A stretch of 64,000 nt of DNA from Owenia fusiformis (lineage: Eukaryota). Location of the stretch: the NCBI GenBank assembly GCA_903813345.2, contig CAIIXF020000001.1, positions 39,060,001 through 39,124,000 of the forward strand. The letters are read 5' to 3'. The notes beneath the pieces were generated by a model, which saw only the letters and a list, made by a program, of their open reading frames with translations, ran no database searches and was not told where the DNA came from. Positions 12,798-31,600 of this stretch are shown one piece after another. Numbering within the stretch: the first letter of the stretch is position 1; each line of letters starts with the position of its first letter. A program made the position numbers and the translations under genes.

Positions 12798-14610
12798 GGT
12801 AGAAAGCAACTTACTTTTTCACCCATTGGAATACATGTAAAATTGGCAAAGTTCAAATCATAATTTCTCAAATCCCAGCCCATCGAATCCTCACATACAT
12901 TCAGATCATGTAGTCCTATTCAAAAACTTCCCGTTCGGTTATATGGTGAAAAAAATATCCCACGAACGAAAAAAGATTTTGCTACATTTATAAGCGAGCA
13001 TTGATTTCTGGGCCTGTAAAAAGCACGTAGGACCTGATTACCCCATTGATTTACTGAGACCGCCAAAAATATAATTCAATTTTTTGGTTCAAAATAATAA
13101 TCTGTCAGCGGTCCCTGACACTCCTACTAGCTATCACCAAACATTAATTGCCAATACATGTACACATATACGTGCCATACATCTACAAAGTAGCGAACTA
13201 GTGTATTAAGTACTACTTTTCCTATACGATGAGCAAAACAAATCGCACGTGAGTTGTATTGACCCTAATTATTAGTGTCATGGTTGACTGAATATGCATT
13301 TTATTCAATATGAATTTTAAAGTTCGGGGTTTTATGAAGTGATATGTACATTTTTGCTCAAATCCCCTCAGCACTTTTGATTTTATAGGGTTCTCTTGAC
13401 CCCTGGGGTCATTATATTTTGTGACAATTTATTCCAGACTAAATGTAGTTATTTTGTCATTAAAATATCTTATTAGAGAAACGTTCAGGAAAAGTTGCGC
13501 TATCCACAAGACTTCTTGTCACTGCACTGATAAATGTAGCAAAATAGGCAAAATAATTCAGCCTTGAGCATGAAAATTTTGAATTTTTGGACAAATTTTG
13601 GGCTATTTTGGTGGATTTTTGCCCATAACGATACTAATCTACTTAAAAACAGCTGTTTAAAGTTGTACAAATTGCTTAAGTGATTTATATTCTCTCATAA
13701 GTAGGACTATTTGCTACTTTACTAAACTGAACATCATTGATTTTTCGTATTTTTATGAACTTCTGATGGCTAGTTCAAGTAGCATTGTCTTTTGTGCAGG
13801 TTTACTGAATATGTCCCTTTAAAATTGGGTCTTTCGTGGGTTTAAAGGGTCAAAATGTTGGAACTTCGCACACTGTGGAACGTTTGGGGTGTGTTTCCTT
13901 TAATTTGGCAAGAACTGCATCAAATTACTTGATAAGAGAGCAGAAATGTAGCAATTTAGGCTGAAAAGTACTGTTTTCAATGAAAAAAACGAAAATTGCT
14001 GACTCAGCAAAATTTAGATCGTCGTCTCCAGAATTTTAGGGGTTAATTTGCAAAACTTTAAATGGTTCCATAGAAAGATATGCGAAATATGGCTAAATTC
14101 GACATATTTCTCGAAATTCACTAATAAATGTGGTTGATATTAGGTAGAAAGCAACTTACTTTTTCACCCATTGGAATACATGTAAAATTGGCAAAGTTCA
14201 AATCATAATTTCTCAAATCCCAGCCCATCGAATCCTCACATACATTCACATCATGTAGTCCTATTCAAAAACTTCCCGTTCGGTTATATGGTGAAAAAAA
14301 TATCCCACGAACGAAAAAAGATTTTGCTACATTTATAAGCGAGCATTGATTTCTGGGCCTGTAAAAAGCACGTAGGACGTGATTACCCCATTGATTTACT
14401 GAGACCGCCAAAAATATAATTCAATTTTTTGGTTCAAAATAATAATCTGTCAGCGGTCCCTGACACTCCTACTAGCTATCACCAAACATTAATTGCCAAT
14501 ACATGTACACATATACGTGCCATACATCTACAAAGTAGCGAACTAGTGTATTAAGTACTACTTTTCCTATACGATGAGCAAAACAAATCGCACGTAAGTT
14601 GTATTGACCC
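12798..14610. repeat. 468-bp near-identical direct repeats (12798-13265, 14143-14610) with an 877-bp spacer
   Basis: Constant offset of 1345 bp; only three substitutions noticed by eye. Confidence 0.92.
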
Positions 14611-15345
14611 ACTACAAACTGCATGCAACAACGGAATAAAAATATTTATCATCAAATTACATCATAGAGTTACGTTGAAAACCAACAAATAACTGAGCAG
14701 TAGACCAAAGAAGAAGCGTCGCTATTATCTAGGTCACTCTGTTCAGTGGTCCGAAAGCAAATCTATAGTACTCGTTTCCGAATTTTGTTGTTCATTGTAC
14801 AATCTTTTATTAATTAAACTCGGTATACAGACTATTAAAGCAATGACAAAGAAGAATACTTCCGATGTTGTTATTGTTTTATTTAGCGTGCGGGTGTAAA
14901 AACAAAATTGCGTAATTAATCTAGTTTGATTTAGAACTTTCGGGTCACGCAAATAGCTACGCGAAATGCATAGTGAGAAAATATAAACCAATCAAATTTT
15001 GTCCTTTTTGAGTGCTTTTTCAGTACATATTTGCGAACGTTCTGATTCAAAGAGCGAATCGCGAAAGGGAGAATTAGATTTGTACAACTACAACAGGTCT
15101 CAGATACCAAAATTACCAGCTATAAGTTAGGCTACATAGTTCTCTGTGCTAAATTAGTCCAAATATGCCCCTAATACACTGTAGGCCTTTTCCATAAGTT
15201 CTTAAGCTTAAACATAACTTAGAGAGGATAGATAATCATCTAGATAGAAAATATATTTAGGAGTTTACCTTTCCCAGACTTTTCAAACCGGATATGACCT
15301 ATATTTTCTTAACCAATCAAATTTATTGTTACATAGAAAACCAAT

Positions 15346-21193
<5,848 letters not shown>

Positions 21194-22497
21194 CTGGTAT
21201 ACAGTGAAACATTCTCAGTTAATCCATCCCTTCACAGTTGACCACAGACTGTAGTATTACAATGATTAAGGGCACTTGGTATATCATTGTTACAGCATCA
21301 TTGAGGAACCATTGCTACTTGTAGTTTGTGTTGTCATATCCTGTTACAATCTGACATGCATTCAATTTGAGCATGTTTTCACATACAAAGTCAGTCTGCT
21401 GAGGGGTTTCCCCAGAATTGATACAGAGCACTCAGATATGCATTCAGATGTTTGAAGGTGTGCACACTACACACTTTCATATTAGAAAACAATCCAGATG
21501 GTTCAAAAATGTCTACCTGGTGTAGAATATTTGACTAGCCAAGATATTATGCAGTATAAACTCTAATTATGGAAAAGACCTTCTCATTTATGATAAAATC
21601 TTAAATTTTATGTTATATGTATGAAATATTGCTATACACATACAGAATATAATTGTAAAAGATTGGTAGCAGAAAAACTAACTTTTCTGTTTAGGCATTT
21701 TTGGGTCACCCTTTATTAGGGATCACTACTTACAAGTCATGAAAGACCAGATTATGGATCTACACTCTGAGAGCTTTCACTCCACATCTTGCATGGATTC
21801 ACTCTAGTATCACTTCACATCTTGAGTGGATTCAGTCTAGTAGTGCACAACCTTAACTGGCCCATGTCAATCAAGTGCTTCAATAGGCTGAAGGATTTTA
21901 TATGTTGGCCATTGAAATGTTATCACTAAGGAGGTTAAGCTTGCATATAAATCGTTCAGCTTTAGTGTTTATGCTTAGAAAAGGAGTGAGAATGGAAATG
22001 CTTTTTCTATTGTTTCCTGAATATACTATGTTATAGTTATGTTACGAGATTTTTTCAAAGAAATATATCTGCATGAGGCTACACTGCAGCATGCATGCGT
22101 CACATTCCTATATCAACTTTCTACACTTAAATCTTTCTGTTAACATTGTGAAAACAGTGGAAGCGTTAACCTCTCTATTGAATTCCATTTTTCACTAACC
22201 TTGTACCCGGCTACCAGATTAACCTACAATTTTATTGACAACTCATTTGAATATAAATGGAATAGTGGCAGGTACTATTCATATTTAAATGAGTTACCAA
22301 TAAAATAATAGGTCAATCCAGTAGCTGACAGGCGTTAGTTGCATTCGCGAATACAAGCTGAGAAAAAGTACAACTACATGTACATGAGTAGAACTCTTGG
22401 AGATGCCAGTTGCTTCATGTCAGGTCTTCCTGATAAAATAGAAGGGATGAAAGAGAATAATTCTTTTGTATTGAATGATTTTAATTTTGTATCTTAA

Positions 22498-22503
22498 AAT
22501 AAA
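22498..22503 (+). terminator. Candidate RNF113A polyadenylation signal
   Basis: AATAAA preceded by T-rich/TGTA sequence and followed by T-rich sequence, about 1.3 kb after the stop. Confidence 0.35.
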
Positions 22504-24357
22504 CAATTTAAACACAATTTGAACAAGTTTTTATATTAGTTTACTATATTTATTTGTACAATACTTATACATTGCATCTAAATAAAAACATCAATAGTTG
22601 AAATCCCCAAATATGTGACATATATTATAACACAAATAAAATATTTAAGAATCCCTTTCAATACACTATTATAGTAGGTAGTACTAACATAGTGTATCAA
22701 GTATATATAACATAAACATTTAAATAAATGTATACCAAAATATAATAACATACCGGTATGTGTATTACTATACTCTCTTTGAAGAGTCTTGATTTCGTGA
22801 AGTTGCCTGTTTGTTGAAATACTCGTATTTATCATTTGAGCAAGAGTTAACTATATGATCTTGTATCAAGTTTGTTATTTCCAAAATGATTATATTTCCC
22901 TACCCATGTTAGTGGGGTATGCAAACATGCTTGATGCTAGATTTCAAGATATTACACATTTTGTCATTTTGACTTGCTTAGAGTATACTTTGTTCTAGTT
23001 TTAAGTGTAGTTGATATTTTCCCATCTTTAAGTGTTACATACAATTTTTGCTGTTACTTTGAACTGGAATGTTCTTAATCATAATGTTCAAGGTACCATA
23101 CAGTAATACAGTTAACTATGCTACCATTTTCAGTTTGTGAGGTACATTTAGAGTATGGTATCCTATAATACCATTTGAGTATGATACTGTACAGTACCAT
23201 TGTGGATTACCTGAATATCATTTTGCTCTTCCTAATTTTATTCTTGTGTATTATGTGTTTTGTAAATAATGTTGAGCTATAAATGGCAGTGATTGCTTTT
23301 TAAGTGATCCAAGACTGTACTTAGAGTACTAAAGAATGGCACATATATTCTTCTATATTCCTAACTAACTAATTATCTACAGAGTAGAGATATAGAGAAG
23401 CCGTTTGTTTGTCCATCTGTCTGTTTGGATGTCTGTTCAGCAATAACTCAAATATGGGTTATGGCTTTGGTGCCTTAAAAAGCATAGAGCCTCTGCCTCA
23501 GAATGAATTTCAAATATGGCCGCCATTTTTCGTTAAAAATGTAATTTTTGACGACTGACATACCAGTTAATAAATTAAGTTTTTATATGTCAAGATGGAT
23601 TTTAAGATTTTGTCCAAATTTAGAGGCTAGTGTCTCAGGAGAAAAGAACCTCTGTTGGAAACTTAAAAATCGCCACCACATTTTAGTTAAAAAATAATAA
23701 TTCAATTTGATGCCTTATAGGCGTAGCACTATGCTCATGAAGGAATTTCCAAAATGGCTGTTTTTAAAAGTTCAGTCAAATCTACTCATGCAGTCAATCA
23801 GTAAGGCTACTAAAATCACTCATTTCTTAAATCGCTAAGGCGAATTCTACCACTAAGCCCCTTTTTCAAAAACCAGTTACTTACTTTAACCTCTAGAATA
23901 CCAACCAGGGTAAAAAGGGTTTGAAACCAGAGAATTTTTCATTTTTTGCCATTTTTTTAACATTAACCTCAGTAAATACACAATATCTGATGTTTGATTT
24001 CATACGCCTACTAAGCATACAGTCATTACATACATTTCAAAACATAATTTGTGTACATTGGTTAAAATTGTTAAAGCAGTTTTAGTGAAAAATTCAGTTC
24101 CAGATATATCTGTCTCTCTGGGTTCTCATTGTATTTTATGACAGAAATATCCATCATTCTGGTTATTCAAAAGGTTAATAAACCAGATTTTTGAAAATAG
24201 GCCTACTGACCTAAGATTAATGAATACAGACCTTTCTACTTATTTTGAGAAATGGATGTTAATCAATGCAACCATCTCTTTAATGTACATACTTTTATAT
24301 ATTACTCATACTACAGTGTGCCTACAACACTACCAGCACATGTTAACAAATTCTTAA

Positions 24358-24735
24358 AGGCTCCATGTAAAGTTTGAAAATATGTTTTATAATTCATTTA
24401 TAACTAGGTTAAAAAGAAGAATATATTATGTCTTTAATATTATTGTATCATTGGTCTCTATGAGAACTAAAATTTGGAAATGCTTTTTTCTCTAAACCAC
24501 TTTCATGCATTGTTGAGTTCATTTCTTGCATCAACCAATTTTCTTAATTTAAAAAAAAACATGTGAGTGAATGCTATGCATTAGTGTGAATTTTAGTTTT
24601 TAAATTAATTCACGATTTTTCGAACAAAACATCCTTCAAAATCCACTTTTTGAAAAAAAATCACATATCACATTTTGGTATCATTGGGTGAGACTACAAT
24701 ATAAGCCGAAGTGGTTTAAACTTTACATGGGACCT
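24358..24735. mobile_element. TTAA-flanked non-autonomous element (Kolobok-like), internally deleted copy
   Basis: ttaa|aggctccatgtaaagttt ... aaactttacatgggacct|ttaa; body similar to about 61880-62251. Confidence 0.75.
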
Positions 24736-25186
24736 TTAATAACAATATTATATTTAAACATCCTTGAGCCTCTTAGACACACAGTAACACAATTGATCAT
24801 AAACTTTTTCATTATTTAATTGAGCATTACAACATATAAATATAAATCAACAGAAACACTACAATTTTATTTCATACCGGTATAGAACTGAGCTTTTTAC
24901 AGTGTAACATTTCATGTACACTATGAGCACAATTTGAGCGTATTTATACAGAATCCCATGGGAAGGATGAATCGATCATTCAACTATATGCATTGTCCAA
25001 AAAATATGGATACATTGGATATGTATCTCAAACTTCGATGGATTTTGGGTTGATAATACCCGTGAGGTGAGGTATAAGCTGTATCTGAGGTGTAAGAAGA
25101 CTTGGTATTAGATTGTGATTTCAACATCTTCATGAATCATTGGAGAAGGGTGGGATAAATAAATCACATGTATACATATACATATA

Positions 25187-25622
25187 CAGGGTGTCAAATA
25201 AATATGTTCTCCCCCTTAATTTTAAAAGTATGAACTTTTGAGCAGGTGCATTTAGTTATCAACTAGTTATCTGCAACTTTTTGTGACATTAGTCTATGGA
25301 GTCTAATTCTATGTTCTCAAGAGCAATTCAGTTATCATGCAGACAAAAAAGTTATGCAACACAGGCCCGTAGCCAAGGGGTGGGGGTTCGCAGTGTTCGT
25401 TGGTAGTCTCCTCTGGCTGAAAATTCTTTCAAAATCATGCAGTTTTTCAACATTTTGAGCACTTCTCAAGTGATTTTAGCCATATTTGGGCCAAAATTGT
25501 AAAATGTGAGCCCCCCCCTGGAAATTTTTGAAAACTGAAGCCCCCCTTGGCAAATCCTTGCTACGGGCCTGCAACATTATGTGGATGTTAAAGCTAAGGG
25601 GGGATATTTATTTGACACCCTG
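25187..25622. mobile_element. Tc1/mariner-type MITE
   Basis: TIR cagggtgtcaaataaatat / atatttatttgacaccctg; left flank TA, right flank CA (probably a mutated TA). Confidence 0.75.
25362..25571. mobile_element. CAGG...CCTG mini-element (hAT-like), 5-bp TSD, nested in a Tc1/mariner MITE
   Basis: TIR caggcccgtagc / gctacgggcctg; TSD caaca. Confidence 0.8.
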
Positions 25623-28600
25623 CATATAGTTCATTCCATATAGTTCATTCCATATAGTTTTACACTTGTTCATAACACACATATATACATCACACACATA
25701 TATACATAATCCAGCATGGACACCAACTATGACAGAATGAGCCGATTTTCTTCTATTACTGGCCATATTTAGGACTATATTTTTATTATAAGGAATCATC
25801 TCATAAGACCGACGTCTGAATGTTAAATCCATTTTCATTTGTTCATTTCTACTTCATTATACTGATTTAAAATTGAAAATAGTTTACATCTAAGTTATAT
25901 ATGACTTCTTTGAAACCAATTCATGTTTTACAAATAGAGTTGTAGTCCTACACGGATCTTATGAGATATTCCCTAAACATAAAGCAATGAGACTACTGGC
26001 ATAATATACCCATACATGGTATAGATACATTTTCAGTGAATGAACACCACATTTGTTATTTATTATATATGGTATGGTTCAAATGTTGAACAAAAATCTT
26101 GGATTGAATATAGCATAAGTTTAACTCTTGATTTAAAAATAATTAATCCATAATTTAAACCAAATCAATTTTATAGTGAATATTTAAGATCAACTTGTCG
26201 TGTTATTTCAATTATGGCATTTCCATGACAACTTCCCTTCTTTTTCAATCAGAAAATGTAATAGTCTGAACTATGAGGTAGTTTTGAGTAATAATGCAAA
26301 TTTTAGGAATCAATCATGAAGAAGATGTGTGGATTGATATTTATACTGTATTAGCAAATTATCTAACATTTTATGTCACGTGGTATTTGGCATTACGAGT
26401 AATTTTGAAATGATGATGACTGCATGGAAAATACCTTCTTGGTCAATTTTTCCAGTTCATAATATGTAATGTTTTTCTTTTCAAAACAGGTAATATATTC
26501 TAAATACGTATGGAACCAATTTAGTAATCCCGAACCAAATGTTGTCACTCTAGTTGTAACAAAATCTGGGAAAAAATCTGTTCTTTGGAATGTGTGAAAT
26601 TGGCAAGACGTGAATGTGACAAACAGTGTTCATTTCATTTAAAGATGGGCATGCGGTATAAATGGGAGGCAGTTTAATGGAACAGCCAAAATAAAAGAAT
26701 TTTTGATAATTACACAAAGCTGGTCAATTTTCTCAAATTTCATATTGATTGAAAAAATGTATTGCTTCCAATTTTGCCATGCGTATCCTTCAATGTTTTG
26801 GGGGTCATATTATACTGTTAGATTTCAACTTAATTTATTTGGTTAGGTTGTATTAGGGCATTTAAAAATAAATAATTTGGATGTAACCTGATAATTTAAT
26901 GGAAGTTGCTGGCAAGTGTGAAATCCCCTTATAAGGTTTTACATTTTAAAATCAATTTCTAACTTAGTCTTATGACTATCAAATTCATTCAAACTAAAAA
27001 AACACATTCTAGACAGATTCCCTACATTGCATAAAATCCTGTGAAAATTGTCGACCCAATTTGGAATTCTTTAAGAATAATGTGGTAGCTTTATGGAATG
27101 CAACTGTGTATGTACTGTAATATAATAATATTACAGTGTTCTATTCTTGTTATTCTTCCATTGTAGGTCTAAGTTTACTTTCCATCAGTAAATCCCTATT
27201 CTTCAATTATTAAGGCAAATAGCTGTATAATATGGTAGATAGTCACCTAATTTGCTCTTTGGGTGAATATGTTTAAATTAAATGTGACTATATCATCTTA
27301 GAATCTAACTATATACAGTTTCATATTATGTATATTGTATATACTATCTCTAGTCTTCATCCCTCTCTGTCACATAGGTTTCCATGACAACAAAACTAAT
27401 ACAACTCATATTAATCTCACGTAGTAAAAGTATCTAAAAGCACATAACCTTACATTTCTTCAAAAGCAAATGTGTTCAAATTCCACTGTACATTGTCCAT
27501 TAGGTATCACCAATACAATAATTTTTGATTCGAACCATATCTCAATGTTAACACTTCGATATACGTAAATGTGTATTAATCGCTCTAAAACCACAAAATT
27601 AGTGCAACTATTAAACACATTGCTTATTACTAAAATGGTTACATTCACTTTCCTTGAGTTAGCTCTTCAAAAGTTTTTTTTAATTTTCGCTCAAGTTTTG
27701 TTGTGTCAATTTAGTATGGTAAGAATAAGATGTAAAAGTTCATTTGAAAAAACAATTATCAATCATATTTAAAATAAGTGATCAACATGAATGATGAATT
27801 AAGGTGATTTCTAACGATCATACCAGTGCGTCAAGCAAACGTGTGACATCTATTGTCCACTGAATATATTATACACATACTGTCATACAAAAAACACTTG
27901 ACCAGTCCACCACCCAAAGAACACATGTACTTCTAAATTCAATTGATTATATACATCTAGTTAATCAGACATCTTAGTTTTTCATAACACCTTATTTAAC
28001 ACGACACTCAGTTTTCTGTGACATTTCAGTTTGATAATCCCCATGTGGCAATTGTGTGAATGCAATCTCAGTTTTCACCCAGTTTTATCCAATTATATTG
28101 ATACACTATCTTAACAATGATGCCCAATTTTCTAAGACATTTCAGTTTAATTGTACCCATGTATTCATAACATAAATGTATTTTTACATGGGGAGAGAGC
28201 CATATTATAATTCTAGCATTAACATAATACATTGGCAAGAAATCTAGACAAGAGTAGGAAAAATAATGGTTTGAAAATGTTTAATTTTTGTTTCGTATTT
28301 TTTTCAATGATTTTCAAATTATGCATGTTCGATCTTGAAAAAATAAAATTGAAGTTTACCAACTTAAGTTATGCTTACTTCTCTGCCATTTCCGAATCAT
28401 ACTTTTCCTAATCAAGCTGGGATTTATTATGGTGATTCCAGATTTAGTTTTTCCCCTACATTTCTTTGTTAGAAAATATGACATCAAGACACTTTTACAG
28501 ATATCATTTAAATCTTAGTTTCTGATGGACCCCTTATGCTTTGTATTTCTTCAAGAGGTACATACTCATTGGAGATGCCATTCACCAATTCATTACCATT

Positions 28601-28655
28601 AGAGTTATTTGCATTCCCAGCAAATCCTGGTGACCGACTAGATATTCGTAATCCT

Positions 28656-31600
28656 TCATTCCTTGGATATATCTTCAGTATTTCCATAACTGCTCCCAGA
28701 ATCTATATCAGTTATTTCATATTTGTTCGAATTACTCATATTTTCTGGTTTGAAAGCAACTACATTATCAAGCATTTCTTTGTCAATTGGAGTGTGTTGA
28801 GCCTTTTTTCTGACGTTTCCTGTGGAATGCATATCCAGAGCAGTGTTTATATGAGCAATGCTATCGGGTGGAACATCAACATTCTTAACAATGCCAATAT
28901 CATTGTTTATATCATCTTCATCATTAACGAAGTCATGACCATCAGGGTGGACATCTTGACACCCACTATCATAATAATTATCTTCATGCTTTAGGTTGGT
29001 ACTAAAATCTTGGTCAAGTTCTGAGTTGTTACTGTTTCTTTTTAACCCATGAGAATGTGCGGTATGTGAGTCTTCTGAATCATCACGCAAACTGGGAGCT
29101 GCTGATTCTTGCGGACAAGAGGTTGAAATCTCGGAAAGATCACTGTTTCTATATGGTTCTTTTGTTGATTGTCCTGCATCCATTCCCACAGGAGTGTAAC
29201 TATCTAAATAATATGGTGTCCCACTTGAGGGAATTGTACCAAATCCACTACTTGTATTATCCTCCAAAGAGACATTTTCAGTTTTTACACTTTCATTAGA
29301 ACCCAGGCATTCCAATGTCTTCAATTGTTTATCATCCTTGTTGTGCATTTTTGTCCCAGGAATGTGTTTGGGTATGTACATCTCTGATTGAAATGGCGAT
29401 TGCATCGTTGCATGCACTTGATTAACAATGTTAATGTCATCTACATAGCCATCTTCATTGACACATATACATGGGGCATGAAGATGCTGATATAACCCCA
29501 AGGTGCCATTACTCTCAACTGGGGTATTACCATTAGGCTGAGACTCACATTGAGTGCCACCAGGTTCTGATTCAACATCAGATTGTGCTTTTAATACTAC
29601 AGAAGCCTCTTCTGCAGCACCTACTTCACTAGGACTAGGAATCACTTCAACAAGTTCAATTGCACTTTCCCCTAAGTCTGTCTCTCCAGTTGCCCCTGTT
29701 GTGTTTGTTCCGGCCAAGTATAATGTGTCAGGGACTAGGAGGGGAGCAATCTGAAGGGCAGAACATAAACAGAGATTTAACAGAGCTACCTAGTAAGTAT
29801 TCAAAAATGAATTTCAAATATTACAATAGATTGATGTCCTGACTGTAAACTATAGCCTGCAAACAAGATAAATGGTACAAGCAAACAAACTGAAAGATTG
29901 CCTAAAAAGATGATGTATTTATTAATTACCTCTGGTCTATTTCCCAAGGTTTGAGGTAGATCCCCATAGGGTTTCGCATACCCATGGTCACTTGTACTAC
30001 TAGCTTGAGAAAGCATCCTTGTATATATCCCTGGCTCACTATCAAACACCTGAAAATTCAGTATGAAAAGCTCACACCATATTCTCTCTATAGATTAACT
30101 GAATGCATATAAATGTAGAATGCTTCTTCCATTCTCCACACATTTTGTGTTGAAAGGTTCACACTCAACATTGCATTCTCCTGTGTTTTAAAAGGTTGGC
30201 ACTTACCAGAGTTTTTAAATGTTGGCACTCACCTGTGTGTTAAAATATTGACAATTTCATGTGTATTAAAATATTGGGTCTAACCTGTGTGTTAAAAGGC
30301 ACTGATGAGTCTTGGGGAACAGTAATCTCCTGTCTTTCTGACACCTTCTTGTAAAATATTCTTGAGTACCTAAATACAAAGAAAATAAAAAATGAAATAT
30401 AACTAGACACAAAAAACTAGAAAATGACAACACAGAGTAGCAAATCCCAGCAAACAGGCTATTTATGAATATGAATGGAAATATGTCCCAATATAATATT
30501 TGTTGAAATAATTGTATACATAAGGGTTATGTACAGGGAGGTTTTGAATATGGGGTTTATCCAGAGGAAAATGTGCATATCTTACGAGGGATAAACCCCA
30601 TATCCAAACCGACTGTACATAAATGCTTTATCCTATACCCAGTAGAGTTTTCTAATTTTTATAATATTATAGGAATATCCTTATTTGCACATAAAATACC
30701 ATAAATAAGTAAATTCACAATATACATAATGTCTATAAAATAGATACATTTCATTGTTAAAGTGCTAAAATGTGTACCTACATACAAATATTGTATATTA
30801 CTTTGTTTGGAAAACTAAAATGCCATTTGAGTATTAAGTAATACTTTTCATACTTAGAGAGATCTCAACATTAACAAAAATTTCTACTTTCTCAACTCCT
30901 GTCCATGCCCCCTGGGGATCAGGCCGAAAAAATTATTTATGGATATACATGTACCACCAAAATTTCAAACAGTAATACCCATTACTGGTTGAAAATGAAA
31001 AACTTAAATTTTTGTGAAAGATTCCCGCAGTGGTCATCTTGAAAATATTTTTTTTGCATAAAACTGTTTCCCAATACATGTGTATACATTTCCACTGAAT
31101 ATGAAGAAAATCTGTCCAAAGGTTTTTGAGTTATTTTCTGAAGAGATGGACTGACAGATGGAAGACTTCACTATATGCCTATTGAAAATTGTTGGGATAA
31201 TTAACAAAACTTCGGCACTTGATTGTCCAGAAATCTTTGGAACACCCTGTTAAAAGATACTGTCACCTCAGGATATAGATCTACATAAAACATATGACAA
31301 ATCTAGCTGGTATATGGATTGGTGATTTACCTTATGCATACAGCAAGAAACACAGCTAAAACTACTGCTCCTATTACACAACTCACTATCAACAATGTGA
31401 TGTTCACACCTGTGAATGAAAAATAAAATCATGTGTAAGATGACATGATACCATACGAGTATATGCTATGTGAAGGTTCATGCCATAATGAAATACCAAA
31501 TAAATACTAAAGGACCCATACACAGAACAATAGAACATATTTTACAATACCGAAAAACTGTTGACATGGATTTAGTGTTGTAATACCTGTAGCACATATC

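Noticed and set aside
12440..12800. ZNF143-like (ttcccatgatgca), ETS (ccggaag) and YY1-like motifs as a shared bidirectional promoter
   Set aside because: The motifs are short, lie among repeats, and similar cgccat/gtcacatgatc motifs recur inside transposon remnants in this window. They cannot be supported without TSS data.
12798..14610. Canonical LTR retrotransposon or TRIM
   Set aside because: No TG..CA ends, TSD, PBS or PPT were identified; it is kept only as a direct repeat.
28536..29842. Plus-strand ORFs (28536-28994, 29057-29299, 29554-29754, 29660-29842)
   Set aside because: Antisense shadows of the receptor's last exon with no recognisable motifs.
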